From the human T2T-CHM13v2.0 reference genome, Homo sapiens, in NCBI RefSeq assembly GCF_009914755.1, contig NC_060926.1: a stretch of DNA of 64,000 nucleotides; one strand, given 5' to 3'. Both the position numbers and the translations under genes were made by a program. Numbering within the stretch: the first letter of the stretch is position 1; every line of letters begins with the position of its first letter. Below, one piece after another: positions 60,880-64,000 of the stretch. The notes beneath the pieces are model-generated. The model was not told the DNA's origin, did not search any database, and worked only from the letters and a program-made list of their open reading frames with translations.

Positions 60880-61059
60880 GTGAAAGCAGAAATGGAGACA
60901 CTGGTGAGGGAGAAGGGTGTCAACTCGTTCCAGATGTTCATGACCTACAAGGACCTGTACATGCTTCGAGACAGTGAGCTGTACCAAGTGTTGCACGCTT
61001 GCAAGGACATTGGGGCAATCGCCCGCGTCCATGCTGAAAATGGGGAGCTTGTGGCCGAG
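60880..61059 (+). CDS. DPYSL5: DPYSL5 coding exon 3 (gene exon 4), aa 141-200
   Basis: [29 protein letters not shown]...[16 protein letters not shown]. Acceptor ctacttgttctccag with branch-like ccctcac at 60844-60850; ends at GC donor GAG|gcaagt; 180 nt. Confidence 0.96.
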
Positions 61060-61881
61060 GCAAGTCTGCAGCCAAGAATATTGGATGGAGGGACACCAGT
61101 GGAGACAGTTAGTTCTCAGGGGATTCCTGACCACCCGTCACTGATCCCACAGGATTCAGACAAAATCAGTTGTTAAAGTGTGAGGTGTGGACACCCCAGC
61201 TGTCAGATCTTGGTCAGAAAATCCAAACTTTACTACTGTCTGTAAAAAACAAATCTCTTTTTATGGTTCAAAAAGGCTTCTAAGTCGTAGGTGATGATGT
61301 CTTAATTCTAATGATATGAGATTTAAATTCCATTATAGCAGAGAATTTGGAGCACCTCTCAGACATATTTTTAATGAGATTTGATATACAGAATAAATAA
61401 GAATCCGCTTCCCATTTGGCCTCTTCAGAGGATCTGAGACATTAAAGAGATCTATTCATGGCACCAGGAAGGATAAGCCTCTGGTGCATTCTCCTAGGTC
61501 TTGGGGTAAGGGCTAGCCTAGCAGTTGCTGGAAGCTAGAGCTTAGTCTCGATTTCCAGAGAGGGAATTCTGAGTTTGAAATCAGTAAAGAGTGCTTGTCT
61601 TTGGTGTCCCAGGCCTGTTGCTAGTTATAATACTTAACTGTATTTTTAAGAGAACAAGATATGTTCAGTCATTATGAAGTGAGAATCAGGAGAGCCCCAC
61701 TGCATGGGCGGCCTGTGCATGCTCTGCCTTCTTTAGAAGACGAACACTGCAGAAGTGAGAAAAGAAGCAAGCCTATTGAAACAGGCGGTGTCTAGCATAT
61801 TTCACTGTCCCTTGGGTTCAGTATTTTCTTACACGGTGTCTCTGTGATTCTCTCCATTTTCTTTCTCTTGCTGTTATCCAG
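61060..61881 (+). other. DPYSL5: GC-AG intron (822 nt)
   Basis: In-frame continuity ELVAE|GAKEA requires the donor GAG|GCAAGT, which is consensus at every position except +2. Confidence 0.9.
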
Positions 61882-61950
61882 GGTGCTAAGGAGGCACTGG
61901 ATTTGGGGATCACAGGCCCAGAAGGAATCGAGATCAGCCGTCCAGAGGAG
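61882..61950 (+). CDS. DPYSL5: DPYSL5 coding exon 4 (gene exon 5), aa 201-223
   Basis: GAKEALDLGITGPEGIEISRPEE (CRMP GITGPEG motif). Long pyrimidine tract plus ccag acceptor, donor GAG|gtgaga; 69 nt. The gene continues beyond the window. Confidence 0.96.
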
Positions 61951-62040
61951 GTGAGAAACACTTCCTGTAGCCTTTGTCAGCGTCTCTCATGTAGATTGAC
62001 AGAATCTTCCAGGATGGAGGAGACATCAAACATACAAATT

Positions 62041-62313
62041 AGCCAGGCACAAGGGCTCATGTCTGTAATCCCAACATTTGGGAGGCTGAGGTGGGTGGAT
62101 GGCTTGAACCCAGGAATTTAAGACCAGCCTGGGCAACATGGTGAAACTCCGTCTCTACTAAAAATACAAAAAAAATTAGCTGGGCATAGTGGTGCATGCC
62201 TGTAGTCCCAGCTAACTACTTGGGAGGCTGAGGCAGGAGGATCACCTGAGCCCAGGAGGTTGAGGCTGCAGTGAGCCGTGATGATGCCACTGCAATCCAG
62301 CCAAGGTGATAGA
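62041..62313 (+). mobile_element. AluJ whose 3' end is replaced by a microsatellite
   Basis: Alu dimer running into (TA)n. Confidence 0.88.
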
Positions 62314-62396
<83 letters not shown>

Positions 62397-62440
62397 CGCA
62401 CACACACACACACATACGTGTGTGTGTGTGTGTGTATATA
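62314..62440. repeat. Compound (TA)n(CA)n(TG)n microsatellite
   Basis: 127 nt of uninterrupted purine/pyrimidine alternation. Confidence 0.95.
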
Positions 62441-62655
62441 GCATCATTTTCTCCACGGGTGAAATTTCCATTTGATTCTGATTTCAAGGATCTAGGGGAG
62501 ACAATGTCAGCACACCTGGGGTTGCTGTGCCCAAAACTGAATCAAGAGACAAAAGACAGACTGAAAAGGCCTTCAGGTGTTAGAAGAAATTTCAAACTAT
62601 AAACTCTGCCTTTGGGGGATGACATTCCTTTGAGCATCTGAGGAATACTTTGGAC

Positions 62656-63327
<672 letters not shown>

Positions 63328-64000
63328 CTTTGGACCCTTTCCACCAAAAACAGGAGACACATACAAGTCTATGCTCCTCCCCCTCATTACCTGCTGAGAT
63401 GGTCATTCAAAGCTGTTTTCCGCCTGCCCTCTGGCTTTATCCCTGTGCACAGTTTTGCATGGCATTGACACAAATCCCCTACAGTCCCCCTGCTAAAGAA
63501 TTCTGCTCTAGAGGGACCACATTAGACAAATAACGCATTCCTGCCCTATTACCCTGTTTACACATTCTCTACTGTTTTAGAAGAGGGGGAGAAACTTCTC
63601 ATTTCTTCAAAGCCTAAAAATGCAGATGGGTGGTTGGTTATCCATGAGGGATTGAGGGGGAGGCCTCGAGGGACAAGGAGCAGGACACAGGATGTGGTGG
63701 CACTGCCATTACCCAGAAACCAAGTTGGCCCACGAGTGGGTCCGCTGAGGAGTGCCCCCTCACTGCCCTGATCAGTGCCTGTGTTTCAGAGCCCTTGAAT
63801 ATAGGTCCTGTTTGGCACTTCTGAATTGGTAGAGAAACACACACCAGATTCGACTGAAACACAGAGGGTATGCCTGTGAGAACAGGAGAGAGCAAGGGGT
63901 GGACACACACACTAGACTTTCTTTGTTACTTAATACAAGGGAAAGAGCAAGGCTTTGGCTGTGGTCGTAATACCAATAATTATCACCGCCATTATCTATT

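Overview
Human (primate) genomic DNA lying entirely inside the plus-strand gene DPYSL5 (CRMP5, collapsin response mediator protein 5). The window starts in a long 5'-UTR intron and contains four coding exons: 32124-32388 (ATG at 32128), 58514-58672, 60880-61059 and 61882-61950. Together they encode residues 1-223, all with phase-0 junctions, and one intron has a non-canonical GC donor. The rest is intronic and repeat-rich: about 35 Alus (one a near-consensus human-specific AluYa5), old L1/L2/MIR fragments, MaLR/ERV LTRs including a MER41 solo LTR, and hAT/Tigger DNA transposon relics. Nearly all ORFs in the supplied track are Alu/L1/microsatellite artefacts. The least obvious elements are two ORF-less, TSD-flanked, antisense retrocopies of mRNA 3' ends, at 10915-11269 (recognised from memory as distal HSP90AA1 3'UTR) and 54563-54962 (recognised from memory as TNFRSF10B-like 3'UTR, carrying an Alu arm as cargo). 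Exons 3-5 are also flanked by inverted Alus and would form a stop-free 408-nt circle. I see no evidence of a wholly new multi-gene system. Repeat subfamily names and parent-gene identities come from recall rather than a database search, and repeat boundaries are approximate.
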